In this document: in pieces, positions 49,787 through 58,299 of the stretch
How the letters are laid out: each line of letters opens with the position of its first letter
Numbering within the stretch: position 1 is the first letter of the stretch
Origin: Thermoanaerobaculia bacterium
Lineage (GTDB): Bacteria; Acidobacteriota; Thermoanaerobaculia; Multivoradales; Multivoraceae
Direction: 5' to 3'
DNA length: 64,000 nt
NCBI GenBank assembly: GCA_963666565.1
Contig: OY762911.1
Span: 4,576,001-4,640,000, forward strand
Program-made: the position numbers and the translations under genes
Notes under the pieces: model-generated
Seen by the model: only the letters and a program-made list of their open reading frames with translations
What the model was told of the DNA's origin: nothing
The model's database searches: none

Positions 49787-49925
49787 GGGTGCGCCGGCGC
49801 CCCCGCTGGGTGCGCGAGTCCTCTGACCCGCTGTCGTCCCCGCTGGGTGCGCGGGTCCTCTGACCCGCTGTCGTCCCCGCTGGGTGCGCGGGTCCTCTGA
49901 CCCGCTGCCGGCGTAGCCGGCCAAG
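49787..49925 (+). repeat. Tandem array of three 37-bp REP units plus a partial unit
   Basis: CCCCGCTGGGTGCGCGRGTCCTCTGACCCGCTG at 49801, 49838 and 49875. Confidence 0.9.
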
Positions 49926-50000
49926 GAAGACTCGCCGCGCCGACGCCAAGGCAGCCAGCTCGACGTCATCCGCGCGCTCGAAACTCGCGCACGCGCCCGA

Positions 50001-51575
50001 TCACGGCTGGCGCGGAACGCGCCAGCCGGGCTCCCTCGAAGCCCCCGTCTCGTCCAGGAGTTCGTCGAGCCGCGCCGACAGCCGGTCGAAGAGCGCCTTC
50101 AGCTCCAGCACCTCGCGGGCCCAGTCGTCGCGGGGGTTCCGGGACGCCTCCGCAGCCGCCACTCGCAGCCGCGTCTCGACGTTGCCGGCCCCGTGCCGGG
50201 TGATGAAGCCGCCCAGGAGGTTGCGCCGCTCGTCCGGGTCGTTCCGGACGTCGTAGAGCTCGTAGCGGTCCCACACGCCGTGGAAGCGCATGAACTTGTA
50301 GCGGTCGGTCCGCACGCCCAGCACGGTCGGCGTCTGCGGGAAGGCCCGCTCCCAGAAGTACTCGTAGAGGAAAGCGTCACGCCACGGCGGCGGCTCGGCG
50401 TCGGGGCTGGCCTTCAGCAGGCCGAAGAAGGACCGGCCCTGGACGGTGCCCGGAACGTCCACCCCGGCGGCTTCGAGGAAGGTGGGCGCGAAGTCGAGGT
50501 TGACGATCATCTCGGGACGCCTGAGCCCTCCGAAGCCGCCGTCGAGCCACGGCGCCATCGCCACCAGCGGCACCCGGATCGACGTCTCGTACATCGTCCG
50601 CTTGTCGATCAGGCCGTGCTCGCCGAACTGGAAGCCGTTGTCCGACGTGAACACGAGCAGCGTCTCTTCCAGCAGCCCGCGCTGCTCCAGGGCCTCCACG
50701 ATCCGGCCGACGCTGTCGTCGACGCCGCGCATCGTCTCCGCGTAGTCGACGGCGAACTGCTGAAAGTCGACCGAGTTGTCGTACAGCCCGTCGACGCCAT
50801 GCCAGCTCCGCCGCTGCGCCTCGACCCAGTTCGGCTTGCCCTCGTAGTTCTCGTGCCGGTTCGGCATCGTCGCCGGCGGCGGATAGCGCTGGCCGGCGTA
50901 GCTGCCGAGATGCCGCTCGGCGGGCCGGAACGACGCGTGGACCGCCTTGTGCGAGACGTAAAGCAGGAACGGCGTCTCCTCCCCTTCCGCCTCCCCTTCC
51001 ACGCTATCCAGGAACTCCAGCGCGTAGTCGGTAATCAGGTCCGTCGTGTAGCCCTGCCGCGGCACCCGCTCGCCGTCGACGTTGAACGTCTGGTTGTAGT
51101 AGAGGCCCTGGCCCGGGAACGACACCCAGCGGTCGAAGCCGGGGCGCGGCTCGTCCGACGTGCCGCCCATGTGCCACTTGCCGACGAAGGCCGTCTCGTA
51201 GCCGGCGCGCTGGAGTTCCCGCGGAAACGTCGGCGTCTCCGGGTCCAGCCGAGTGCGGTTGTCGAGCACGCCGTGCCGGTGCGCGTACTGCCCGGTGAGA
51301 ATCGAGGCGCGGCTCGGCGAGCAGAGCGAGGTGGTGACGAACGCGTTCTCGAACAGCACCCCGCGTTCGATCAGCCGGTCGAGGTGGGGCGTTTCGAGGA
51401 ACGGGTGGCCGAGCGCCGACGCCGCGTCGTGGCGCTGATCGTCGATCAGGATGAAGACGATGTTCGGCCGCTCATCGGCCAGCCCCGGCGCGGCCGCGGC
51501 CAGCATCCACGCACAAGCCGCCACGAGCCGCGCCGCGGTCCTTCCGATGCTCCGCCAACCGTTCGCGTTCCTCAT
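50001..51575 (-). CDS. Sulfatase (N-acetylglucosamine-6-sulfatase-like)
   Basis: PNIVFILIDD, CSPSRASILTG (CxPxR), GKWH and SDNG motifs; signal peptide. Confidence 0.93.
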   Translation of the reverse strand: MRNANGWRSIGRTAARLVAACAWMLAAAAPGLADERPNIVFILIDDQRHDAASALGHPFLETPHLDRLIERGVLFENAFVTTSLCSPSRASILTGQYAHRHGVLDNRTRLDPETPTFPRELQRAGYETAFVGKWHMGGTSDEPRPGFDRWVSFPGQGLYYNQTFNVDGERVPRQGYTTDLITDYALEFLDSVEGEAEGEETPFLLYVSHKAVHASFRPAERHLGSYAGQRYPPPATMPNRHENYEGKPNWVEAQRRSWHGVDGLYDNSVDFQQFAVDYAETMRGVDDSVGRIVEALEQRGLLEETLLVFTSDNGFQFGEHGLIDKRTMYETSIRVPLVAMAPWLDGGFGGLRRPEMIVNLDFAPTFLEAAGVDVPGTVQGRSFFGLLKASPDAEPPPWRDAFLYEYFWERAFPQTPTVLGVRTDRYKFMRFHGVWDRYELYDVRNDPDERRNLLGGFITRHGAGNVETRLRVAAAEASRNPRDDWAREVLELKALFDRLSARLDELLDETGASREPGWRVPRQP

Positions 51576-51655
51576 CGCCGTCTCCGCTCCTCCAGCCTCC
51601 GGCGCCACCGCGCGCGGGCAGGGTCCAGCCAGCCCCCGGACGCCGACGCCGTCGT

Positions 51656-52603
51656 TCACTTGCCGCCGTTGCGGCCGAGCATACGCTCGCGGGCCGCGCC
51701 GGCCAGACGGTGGGCGGCCAGTTCCTCGGGATCGTAGTTCCAGCGCCGGTAGTTCCACATCCACTGCTCCGGCCGGGCCCGCACCCTCCGTTCGATCGCC
51801 GACGCGATCCGCTGCGACAGTTCCACCGGGTCCCGCGAACCGCCCGGCCGGCGCAGCGTCTCGCTCTCCAGCCGGTAGGCGAACGGCCCTTCGCGGATGC
51901 AGAAGGCGGCGACCAGCGGGCAGTCGCGCTTGGCCGCCAGCGCCGCGGGACCGCCGACGAACTCGGTGCGGCGGCCCAGGAAGTCGACCTCCGGGCCGCG
52001 CCGCTGGTCAGGGCGCTGATCGACGACCATGATGAGCGTCTCGCGGCGGTTGAGACAGCTCAGCATGTCGCGCAGCAGGGAGGTCCGGCCGCTCCAGATC
52101 ACCCGCACGCCAGCGCGGGCGCGCATCCGCTCGACGAAGACGGACGCCGCCCTGGCGCGCGACGGCTTGGCCACCGCGCAGACCGGCGCGGACGAGGCGC
52201 GGACCGTGCTCTGGGCCAGCAGTTCCCAGGCGCCCAGGTGGCCGGTGACCAGCACCTGACCGCGGCCGTGCGTCTCGACCTCGGCCATCAGTTGCCGCAA
52301 CTCGTCGAAGCCCGGCATCGACGCGACGTCGAGCCGCTTCCGGTCGAAGCTGATCCGCACCGTCTCGAGTGCGGCCACGATCTGGTGCCGCACGCAGCGC
52401 CGTTCCAGGTCGCGCGCCTCCGGCGACCCCGGCGGCAAGCCGAGCACGACCGCGAGGTTCCGCCGCATCAGCCGCACGTCGCGCGGCGTCACGCCTCGCA
52501 AGTGCGAGAGCAGGCCGGCAACGGAGCCGAACGCGGCCGCCGGCAGCAGACGGATCAGCCAGGACACGGCGTAGAGGAAGGCGCCCATGGCTCGGTCGGA
52601 CAT
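51656..52603 (-). CDS. Lysophospholipid/lipid A acyltransferase (LpxL-like)
   Basis: TGHLGAWE, VDQ, FLGR and PEQWMWNYRRW motifs. Confidence 0.88.
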   Translation of the reverse strand: MSDRAMGAFLYAVSWLIRLLPAAAFGSVAGLLSHLRGVTPRDVRLMRRNLAVVLGLPPGSPEARDLERRCVRHQIVAALETVRISFDRKRLDVASMPGFDELRQLMAEVETHGRGQVLVTGHLGAWELLAQSTVRASSAPVCAVAKPSRARAASVFVERMRARAGVRVIWSGRTSLLRDMLSCLNRRETLIMVVDQRPDQRRGPEVDFLGRRTEFVGGPAALAAKRDCPLVAAFCIREGPFAYRLESETLRRPGGSRDPVELSQRIASAIERRVRARPEQWMWNYRRWNYDPEELAAHRLAGAARERMLGRNGGK

Positions 52604-52631
52604 AGGTGTTGAGTCTAAGGACTCGCCTGTC

Positions 52632-52750
52632 GGTGCGCGGGTCTTCTGACCCGCTGCCGCCGGAAGCGGCCAGGAGAACGCACCGGCCTCTGGTAGCCGG
52701 CCCTGTCGTCGCGGTTCTGCCCGCGGGCGGGTCAGAAGACCCGCGCACCC
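52632..52750. repeat. Inverted pair of family A REPs (BIME-like)
   Basis: Forward copy 52632-52672 and reverse copy 52727-52750. Confidence 0.85.
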
Positions 52751-52789
52751 AGCGGACTGCGCCACGGACTCGGTGTACTATCCCGCCTC

Positions 52790-53044
52790 TTGACCGGACA
52801 ACCCGACCCTTCGGCCTACTGGCGCGCCAACCTGCGCCTGATGGCGATTCTCCTCGCCGTCTGGTTCCTCTGTTCCTACGTCCTCGGCATCTTCCTCGTC
52901 GAGCCGCTGAACGAGGCCCGCATCGGCGGCTTCCCGCTCGGCTTCTGGTTCGCCCACCAGGGTTCGATCTACGTCTTCGTCGTGCTGATCCTCGTCTACG
53001 CGGCCGTCATGGACCGCCTCGACCGCCGCTACGGGGTCGACTGA
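52790..53044 (+). CDS. DUF4212 small membrane partner of the SSS transporter
   Basis: YWRANL..GGFPLGFWFAHQGSIYVF. Confidence 0.9.
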   Translation: MTGQPDPSAYWRANLRLMAILLAVWFLCSYVLGIFLVEPLNEARIGGFPLGFWFAHQGSIYVFVVLILVYAAVMDRLDRRYGVD

Positions 53045-53120
53045 GCCGCTCCACGCGCCCGTTCGACGAACCGACCGCAACCGATAGCGCGCCACCGCCC
53101 GGGGAAGGACTCGACAGCCG

Positions 53121-54818
53121 ATGAACGTCCAGGCCTGGACCTACCTGATCGTCACCGCGACCTTCGCGCTCTACGTCGGCATCGCCTGGTGGAGCCGCGT
53201 CCGGACGACCTCCGGCTTCTACGTCGCCGGCCGCGGCGTGCCGGCGGTCGCCAACGGCATGGCCACCGGCGCAGACTGGATGAGCGCCGCCTCCTTCATC
53301 TCGATGGCGGGCCTCATCTCCTTCATGGGCTACACCGGCACCATCTACCTGATGGGCTGGACCGGCGGCTACGTCCTGCTGGCGCTGCTGCTCGCGCCGT
53401 ACCTGCGCAAGTACGGCAAGTTCACGACCTCCGAGTTCGTCGGCGACCGCTACTACTCCGACGCCGCCCGGCTGGTGGCGGCCGGTTGCACGATCTTCGT
53501 CTCCTTCACCTACATCGCCGGCCAGATGCGCGGCGTCGGGGTCGTCTTCTCGCGCTTCCTGGAGGTCGAGGTCCACTGGGGCGTGATCATCGGCGTGGTC
53601 ATCGTCTTCTTCTACGCCGTGCTCGGCGGCATGAGGGGGATCACCTACACCCAGGTCGCCCAGTACTGCGTGCTGATCGTCGCCTTCCTGATTCCGGCGG
53701 CCGCGATCTCCTGGAAGATCACCGGCAACCCGATCCCGCAGCTGGGTTTCGGCGGTTCGGTCCAGGAAGGCCAGCAGGCCGGCGTCTTTCTGCTCGAGGC
53801 GCTGGACGCCCTGCACCGTGAACTGCGGCTGCCCGAGTACACCGCCGCCTTCGTGCCGGGCAAGAAGAGCATGATCGACGTCACGGCGATCACGCTGGCG
53901 CTGATGGTCGGCACGGCGGGGCTGCCGCACGTGCTGGTCCGCTTCTACACCGTGCGCAGCGCCCGCGCGGCGCGCTGGAGCGCGCTGTGGGCGCTGGTCT
54001 TCATCGGCCTGCTCTACACGACGGCGCCCGCGGTCGCCGCCTTCGCCCGCGTCAACCTGATCTCGACGCTGCACAACACGAGCTACAGCGAAGTGCCGGA
54101 GTGGTTCAGGAGCTGGGAGACGACCGGCCTGATCTCCTTCGACGACCAGGACGGCGACGGCGTCATCGACATGTCCGACGGCGCCAACGAACTGACCGTC
54201 GACCAGGACATCATGGTCCTCGCCAACCCGGAGATCGCCGAGCTGCCGGCGTGGGTGGTCGCCCTGGTCGCCGCCGGCGGGCTCGCGGCGGCGCTTTCGA
54301 CCGCCGCCGGCCTCCTGCTCGTCATCGCCTCGGCCATCTCCCACGACATCGGCAAGTCCATCCTGTGGAAGGACATGAGCTCGCGCCGGGAACTCCTGCT
54401 GGCGCGCGGCACGGCGTCCGTCGCCGTGATCGTCGCCGCCTACTTCGGCATCTCGCCGCCCGGCTTCGTCGCCCAGGTGGTCGCGTTCGCCTTCGGCCTC
54501 GCCGCCTCCAGCTTCTTCCCCGTCCTCGTGCTCGGCATCTTCACCCGCAGCACGACGAAGGAAGGCGCCATCGCCGGCATGAGCAGCGGCATCCTGTTCA
54601 CCGGCGCCTACATCGTCTACTTCCGCCTGATCCGGCCGGAAGCGACCGCCGAGGACTGGCTGTTCGGCATCAGTCCAGAGGGCATCGGCGCCGTCGGCAT
54701 GCTGATCAACTTCGCTCTCGCCCTGACCGTGAGCCGGTTCACGAAGCCGCCGCCGGAAGAGGTGCAGCAGTTGGTCAGCGAGATCCGGCTGCCGCGCGAA
54801 CGGACTGCCGACGACTAG
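53121..54818 (+). CDS. Sodium:solute symporter (ActP-like cation/acetate symporter)
   Basis: GMATGADWMSAASFISMAG and GTAGLPHVLVRFYTV motifs. Confidence 0.93.
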   Translation: MNVQAWTYLIVTATFALYVGIAWWSRVRTTSGFYVAGRGVPAVANGMATGADWMSAASFISMAGLISFMGYTGTIYLMGWTGGYVLLALLLAPYLRKYGKFTTSEFVGDRYYSDAARLVAAGCTIFVSFTYIAGQMRGVGVVFSRFLEVEVHWGVIIGVVIVFFYAVLGGMRGITYTQVAQYCVLIVAFLIPAAAISWKITGNPIPQLGFGGSVQEGQQAGVFLLEALDALHRELRLPEYTAAFVPGKKSMIDVTAITLALMVGTAGLPHVLVRFYTVRSARAARWSALWALVFIGLLYTTAPAVAAFARVNLISTLHNTSYSEVPEWFRSWETTGLISFDDQDGDGVIDMSDGANELTVDQDIMVLANPEIAELPAWVVALVAAGGLAAALSTAAGLLLVIASAISHDIGKSILWKDMSSRRELLLARGTASVAVIVAAYFGISPPGFVAQVVAFAFGLAASSFFPVLVLGIFTRSTTKEGAIAGMSSGILFTGAYIVYFRLIRPEATAEDWLFGISPEGIGAVGMLINFALALTVSRFTKPPPEEVQQLVSEIRLPRERTADD

Positions 54819-54895
54819 CGGGCCAGCGAGGCCGTCTCGCCCGCGCCGGCTTCGTGAACCGCCCGCCCCGGATAGACTCGCCCGAGGAGTCGTCG

Positions 54896-55285
54896 ATGGC
54901 GCAGCAGTGGAAGAACTGGTGGAACCAGGCTCGGCACGATCTGCAGCACGCCGAGGCCGCGAGACGCGAGGAACGGCACGACTGGGCCTGCTTCGCGGCG
55001 CACCAGTCGGCCGAAAAGGCCGTCAAGGCGCTTCATCTGGCGCACGGGCAGGAAGCCTGGGGCCACGCCATCGTCCGCCTTCTGGCCGACTTGCCCGTAC
55101 CCGTTCCCGAAGAACAGGTGGAAGCGGCCATCACGCTCGACGGCTTCTACATTCCCGCGCGGTATCCGAACGGCCACGAGGAGGGGGCGCCGTTCGAGCA
55201 CTATGGTCCGATACACAGTGAGCTGGGGACTCGCCTTGCCGGTCACATCCACGAGTTCGTCCGTCAAGCGCTGGCCGAGCTCTGA
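54896..55285 (+). CDS. HEPN-domain protein
   Basis: ARHDL..WACFAAHQSAEKAVKA..WGH..YIPARYP. Confidence 0.9.
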   Translation: MAQQWKNWWNQARHDLQHAEAARREERHDWACFAAHQSAEKAVKALHLAHGQEAWGHAIVRLLADLPVPVPEEQVEAAITLDGFYIPARYPNGHEEGAPFEHYGPIHSELGTRLAGHIHEFVRQALAEL

Positions 55286-55637
55286 GACGATCCTCGGCGC
55301 CCTCAACGCCTGGGGCGCCGCGGCCGCCAGCCGCCGGAGCGATCTGCTCGCGCTCGGCTACTTCGGCTCCTACGCTCGCGGCGACGCCGGATTCGGCAGC
55401 GACCTGGACCTGATCCTCATCGTCGAGGCCGATCGACGCCCGCGGATGGAGCGAGCGGCCGACTGGCGCACGGACTCGCTCCCGGTTCCAACGGACCTCA
55501 TCGTCTACACCCGGGAGGAGTGGCTACGCCTCCGCGCTGGAGGCGGCCGCTTCGCGCGCACCCTGGAGCGAGAGGCGCGGTGGCTCTGGAACAACGTCCC
55601 GCCGTCGACAGCGACAACGGACGCAAGACGCCCCTGA
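55236..55637 (+). CDS. Minimal nucleotidyltransferase (MNT)
   Basis: FGSYARGDAGFGSDLDL..DLIVYT; overlaps the HEPN gene. Confidence 0.9.
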   Translation: MPVTSTSSSVKRWPSSETILGALNAWGAAAASRRSDLLALGYFGSYARGDAGFGSDLDLILIVEADRRPRMERAADWRTDSLPVPTDLIVYTREEWLRLRAGGGRFARTLEREARWLWNNVPPSTATTDARRP

Positions 55638-55652
55638 GCCTGGCGCCGCCGC

Positions 55653-55762
55653 GCACGACGACGGCCGGGTACTCCGGTCCCTCCGACCTGTGGATCGTCA
55701 ACAAGCAGGCCAGCACGACCCGGTTCAGGTCGTCGAACGGGTAGACAATCGGGCGGCCGCCG
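55653..55762 (-). pseudogene. Degenerate fragment of a recD2 3' region
   Basis: GRPIVYPFDDLNRVVLACLLTIHRSEGPEYPAVVV vs RecD2 [35 protein letters not shown]; 22 identical nt (55653-55674 = 59975-59996). Confidence 0.8.
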
Positions 55763-55769
55763 GACTCGG

Positions 55770-55850
55770 GCAGCGGACCGCTCCAGCTTGGAACCGAAGC
55801 GCCCGACGTGCTCCCGTCGCAGGGTCGTCTTCACCTCGACCACCACGACC
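55770..55850 (-). pseudogene. PD-(D/E)xK nuclease-like fragment
   Basis: AVVVVEVKTTLRREHVGRF..KL. Confidence 0.45.
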
Positions 55851-55977
55851 GCCCCACGGTCGCGGCGGGCGGCTTGGCGGCGACGCTACGATAGGGCGGC
55901 GGAAGCGTGAGTACTCGATTCGCGGTTCCCGGTCGCGGCTCGAGCGCCGCGCCACCCGCGAGCGGGCGGAGCGAAGA

Positions 55978-56625
55978 ATGAGTGACGGACCGAATTGGCG
56001 CGGACGGCCGACCCGTCTGCCTGGCGGTGGATGGGGCGTCGCGATCGAGCACTTTCCCGCCACCCAACCGCCGCGACCCGGAGACACGGTCAAGGTCTAC
56101 GCGCGCCGGAGGAAGAACTGGACGGCGAGGATCACCGCGGTCGAGGACACGCGGCGTCAAACCCTGGTGCGCACGACCGGCCCCAACCAGGTCATCGAGC
56201 ATGACGACTCCCGCGACGCCGAGCGGGTCGAGCTTGCTGCACTGCCCGCAGACAGCCCCATCGGAACCCTGCGGGAAGTCGCCGCGACGCTGGACGCCGC
56301 GGCGGCTGCTCTGCGCGCGGAGGATACCCCATTTCGCCGCGCTAGCGCGGCATCCGAAGGCCGGGCATTCGCGGACGCTGGGTCCGGTGCCAGCACTGGA
56401 CGCGGCCGGTGCGGATCCCCGGCACCTGCCCGGAACGCGGCAGCACAGGCCGACTCGTCGAGGGCCGGTACCGGCGCGGCATTCGGCTTCTTGTCCAAGT
56501 ACGCCGAGACGAAGCGTCGACCAGAACCAAGGCTTCACCGGCACGCAGCTTGGCGCGGGCCGCGCGAATCCGCCTTGCCAAGACCCCGACCGCGATCAGA
56601 GCCGTCCCCGCCGCCATCACCGTGA
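55978..56625 (+). CDS. Hypothetical protein, possibly degenerate at the 3' end
   Basis: Globular-looking N-terminus (..PTRLPGGGWGVAI..PGDTVKV..); low-complexity tail overlapping the opposite ORF. Confidence 0.5.
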   Translation: MSDGPNWRGRPTRLPGGGWGVAIEHFPATQPPRPGDTVKVYARRRKNWTARITAVEDTRRQTLVRTTGPNQVIEHDDSRDAERVELAALPADSPIGTLREVAATLDAAAAALRAEDTPFRRASAASEGRAFADAGSGASTGRGRCGSPAPARNAAAQADSSRAGTGAAFGFLSKYAETKRRPEPRLHRHAAWRGPRESALPRPRPRSEPSPPPSP

Positions 56626-57049
56626 CGATGACGGTCTGGTTGGCGCGGGCGAACTTCAACAGTCCCTCCGAGCTGTTGTCCAGACGGGCGCGGAGAGCTT
56701 CCCATCGTTTCATGTTCCTGATTCCACGGCTGCGGTTCCACGATGACCTTTCGAACAAGAGGTTCTTCAGGTCGCCTGCCAGCTCAGGATGGAGGGTTCT
56801 CGACTTGATGTGACTGAGGTCGCGCTTGAGGAACGCCCCGAGATCCTCCGCGCACGTCTTCACTCCGGACGGAATGCGGCCGTACAACTCCTTGGCACCG
56901 AGGCCAATCGGGCGACCTCGCGAGGCCAACCTCTGCACCTCGTCCCTCGTCAAGCTCGAAAAGGAGCGCGGCCACCTGACGGCCCGTCGCCCCACGGTGG
57001 CGGCAGCCGTGAAAAGGCGGGTTGGCGTGCGGACCCAACGGACAGCCAT
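56342..57049 (-). CDS. Putative HNH-like nuclease with a hydrophobic segment
   Basis: DLSHIKSRTLHPELAGDLKNLLFERSSWNRSRG pattern followed by VIVTVMAAGTALIAVGVL. Confidence 0.5.
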   Translation of the reverse strand: MAVRWVRTPTRLFTAAATVGRRAVRWPRSFSSLTRDEVQRLASRGRPIGLGAKELYGRIPSGVKTCAEDLGAFLKRDLSHIKSRTLHPELAGDLKNLLFERSSWNRSRGIRNMKRWEALRARLDNSSEGLLKFARANQTVIVTVMAAGTALIAVGVLARRIRAARAKLRAGEALVLVDASSRRTWTRSRMPRRYRPSTSRPVLPRSGQVPGIRTGRVQCWHRTQRPRMPGLRMPR

Positions 57050-57098
57050 CCGCGCGAATCCTACAGATTCTCCGACGGCGGAGAGGGCCGTTGAGCCT

Positions 57099-57302
57099 TC
57101 ACTCACCGATCTCGATGACCCCGTCCGGGTCCGAGCCCCGAACTTCGGCGACATCCACTGAAAGGCAGCCCTCGACCGCTTCGTAGAGGTTGGTCAGCAG
57201 TTCCTCGAACGAGTCCCCCTGGGTGGCGCACCCAGGGATCGAGGGCACTTCCGCCCGGTACCCGCCCTCTTCGGCCTCGTGAATCACGACCTGCAGCTTC
57301 AT
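57099..57302 (-). CDS. hicB: HicB-family antitoxin (orphan)
   Basis: VVIHEAEEGGYRAEVPSIPGCATQGDSFEELL. Confidence 0.92.
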   Translation of the reverse strand: MKLQVVIHEAEEGGYRAEVPSIPGCATQGDSFEELLTNLYEAVEGCLSVDVAEVRGSDPDGVIEIGE

Positions 57303-57397
57303 CGTCTTACTGTTGTACCGTAGCACCGCTGTCCGTGCCGGACTCGCGAACTCACGGCTGCACGGATGGTCGGCAAGGGCACCTCGGGAGGTCGATC

Positions 57398-57628
57398 ATG
57401 AGCGTCGCCAAGTGGGGCAACAGTCTGGCCGTCCGCCTTCTCAAGGCGCCTGGCGCGGACCTCGGTCCCATCACTGGCGACGAGATCCAGACCGCGGCCA
57501 AGGTGCCGCAAGAGTCCATTGTCGTGAGAGTCCTGCGCCGGCAGCGGGCAGTCGAACGGATGCGACGGCGGGCCTGGGCGCTGCCGGACGGCTACGCCTT
57601 CGACCGGACTGCGGCGAACGAGAGGTGA
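57398..57628 (+). CDS. AbrB/MazE-family antitoxin (orphan, possibly degenerate)
   Basis: GGGAGG RBS; MSVAKWGNSLAVRL..LPDGYAFDRTAANER. Confidence 0.85.
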   Translation: MSVAKWGNSLAVRLLKAPGADLGPITGDEIQTAAKVPQESIVVRVLRRQRAVERMRRRAWALPDGYAFDRTAANER

Positions 57629-57663
57629 CGGATGCCCCGCTGTGGCTTTGAGCCACGCTGAGG

Positions 57664-58299
57664 TCAAGGCGCCACCAAGGGAAACCACTCGGTCAGCGCT
57701 TCACGGAGCTTCGCGAAAGCGGAATCCTGACAACCCTGAAAGCTCATCTCCCTGCCGAGCCGCCCGAACGTGGCGGCCGACTTCGGGCGGCGGCGGGCGC
57801 GCATCGCCTCGACCATGGCCGCCTTGGGGTCCGGAGGCTTCGCAGCGCCGGCTGGCCAAAGAGCGTTCTCCGCCAGCCAGTCACGCAGCTCACGGAAGTT
57901 CGCACCCCAACCCAGTTCCCGCGCCAGCCGCGCTGAAGGCGCCCATACCCAGGCCTCAAGTTCAGGGTCGATCACCACCGCTCTTGCCCGACGGTCCCAG
58001 CCGTTCCTTCGGAGCTCAACCTCGACCTGTTCTTCGATCTCCTCCCTGGGCGCTTCCGATCCGCATCCCTCACGGTCGAAGAGGACGAGTGCGTGCTCGA
58101 ACCGGCTCGCGAAGGGTCTCAGGAAGGCCGCGGCGTCAAGCCGGCAACCGGCATCCCGCAACTGATGCACCCTGATCTGATAGTCGATGTCGCGTACGCC
58201 GAGCGCTTGGGAGCGGCGAAGCAGGCCGCCAACCGCCTGGGACATGCTCTTGTCCGCGACCAGGACGACCAGGTCACCGGTCGCTGCGTTCCCCTTCAT
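57664..58299 (-). CDS. MAD4-like/DUF4276-like TOPRIM-type partner of the AAA ATPase
   Basis: DLVVLVADKSM..RD.GC..LVLFDREGCG..VIDPELEAWVW..KPPDPK; ATGA-coupled to the ATPase. Confidence 0.75.
   Translation of the reverse strand: MKGNAATGDLVVLVADKSMSQAVGGLLRRSQALGVRDIDYQIRVHQLRDAGCRLDAAAFLRPFASRFEHALVLFDREGCGSEAPREEIEEQVEVELRRNGWDRRARAVVIDPELEAWVWAPSARLARELGWGANFRELRDWLAENALWPAGAAKPPDPKAAMVEAMRARRRPKSAATFGRLGREMSFQGCQDSAFAKLREALTEWFPLVAP

Noticed and set aside
49787-49925. 37-bp periodic repeats resembling a CRISPR array
   Set aside because: Units are directly adjacent with no unique spacers, match dispersed REP family A, and no cas genes are nearby
54896-55637. HEPN/MNT pair as a novel system
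   Set aside because: Well-known, widespread module; listed as features only
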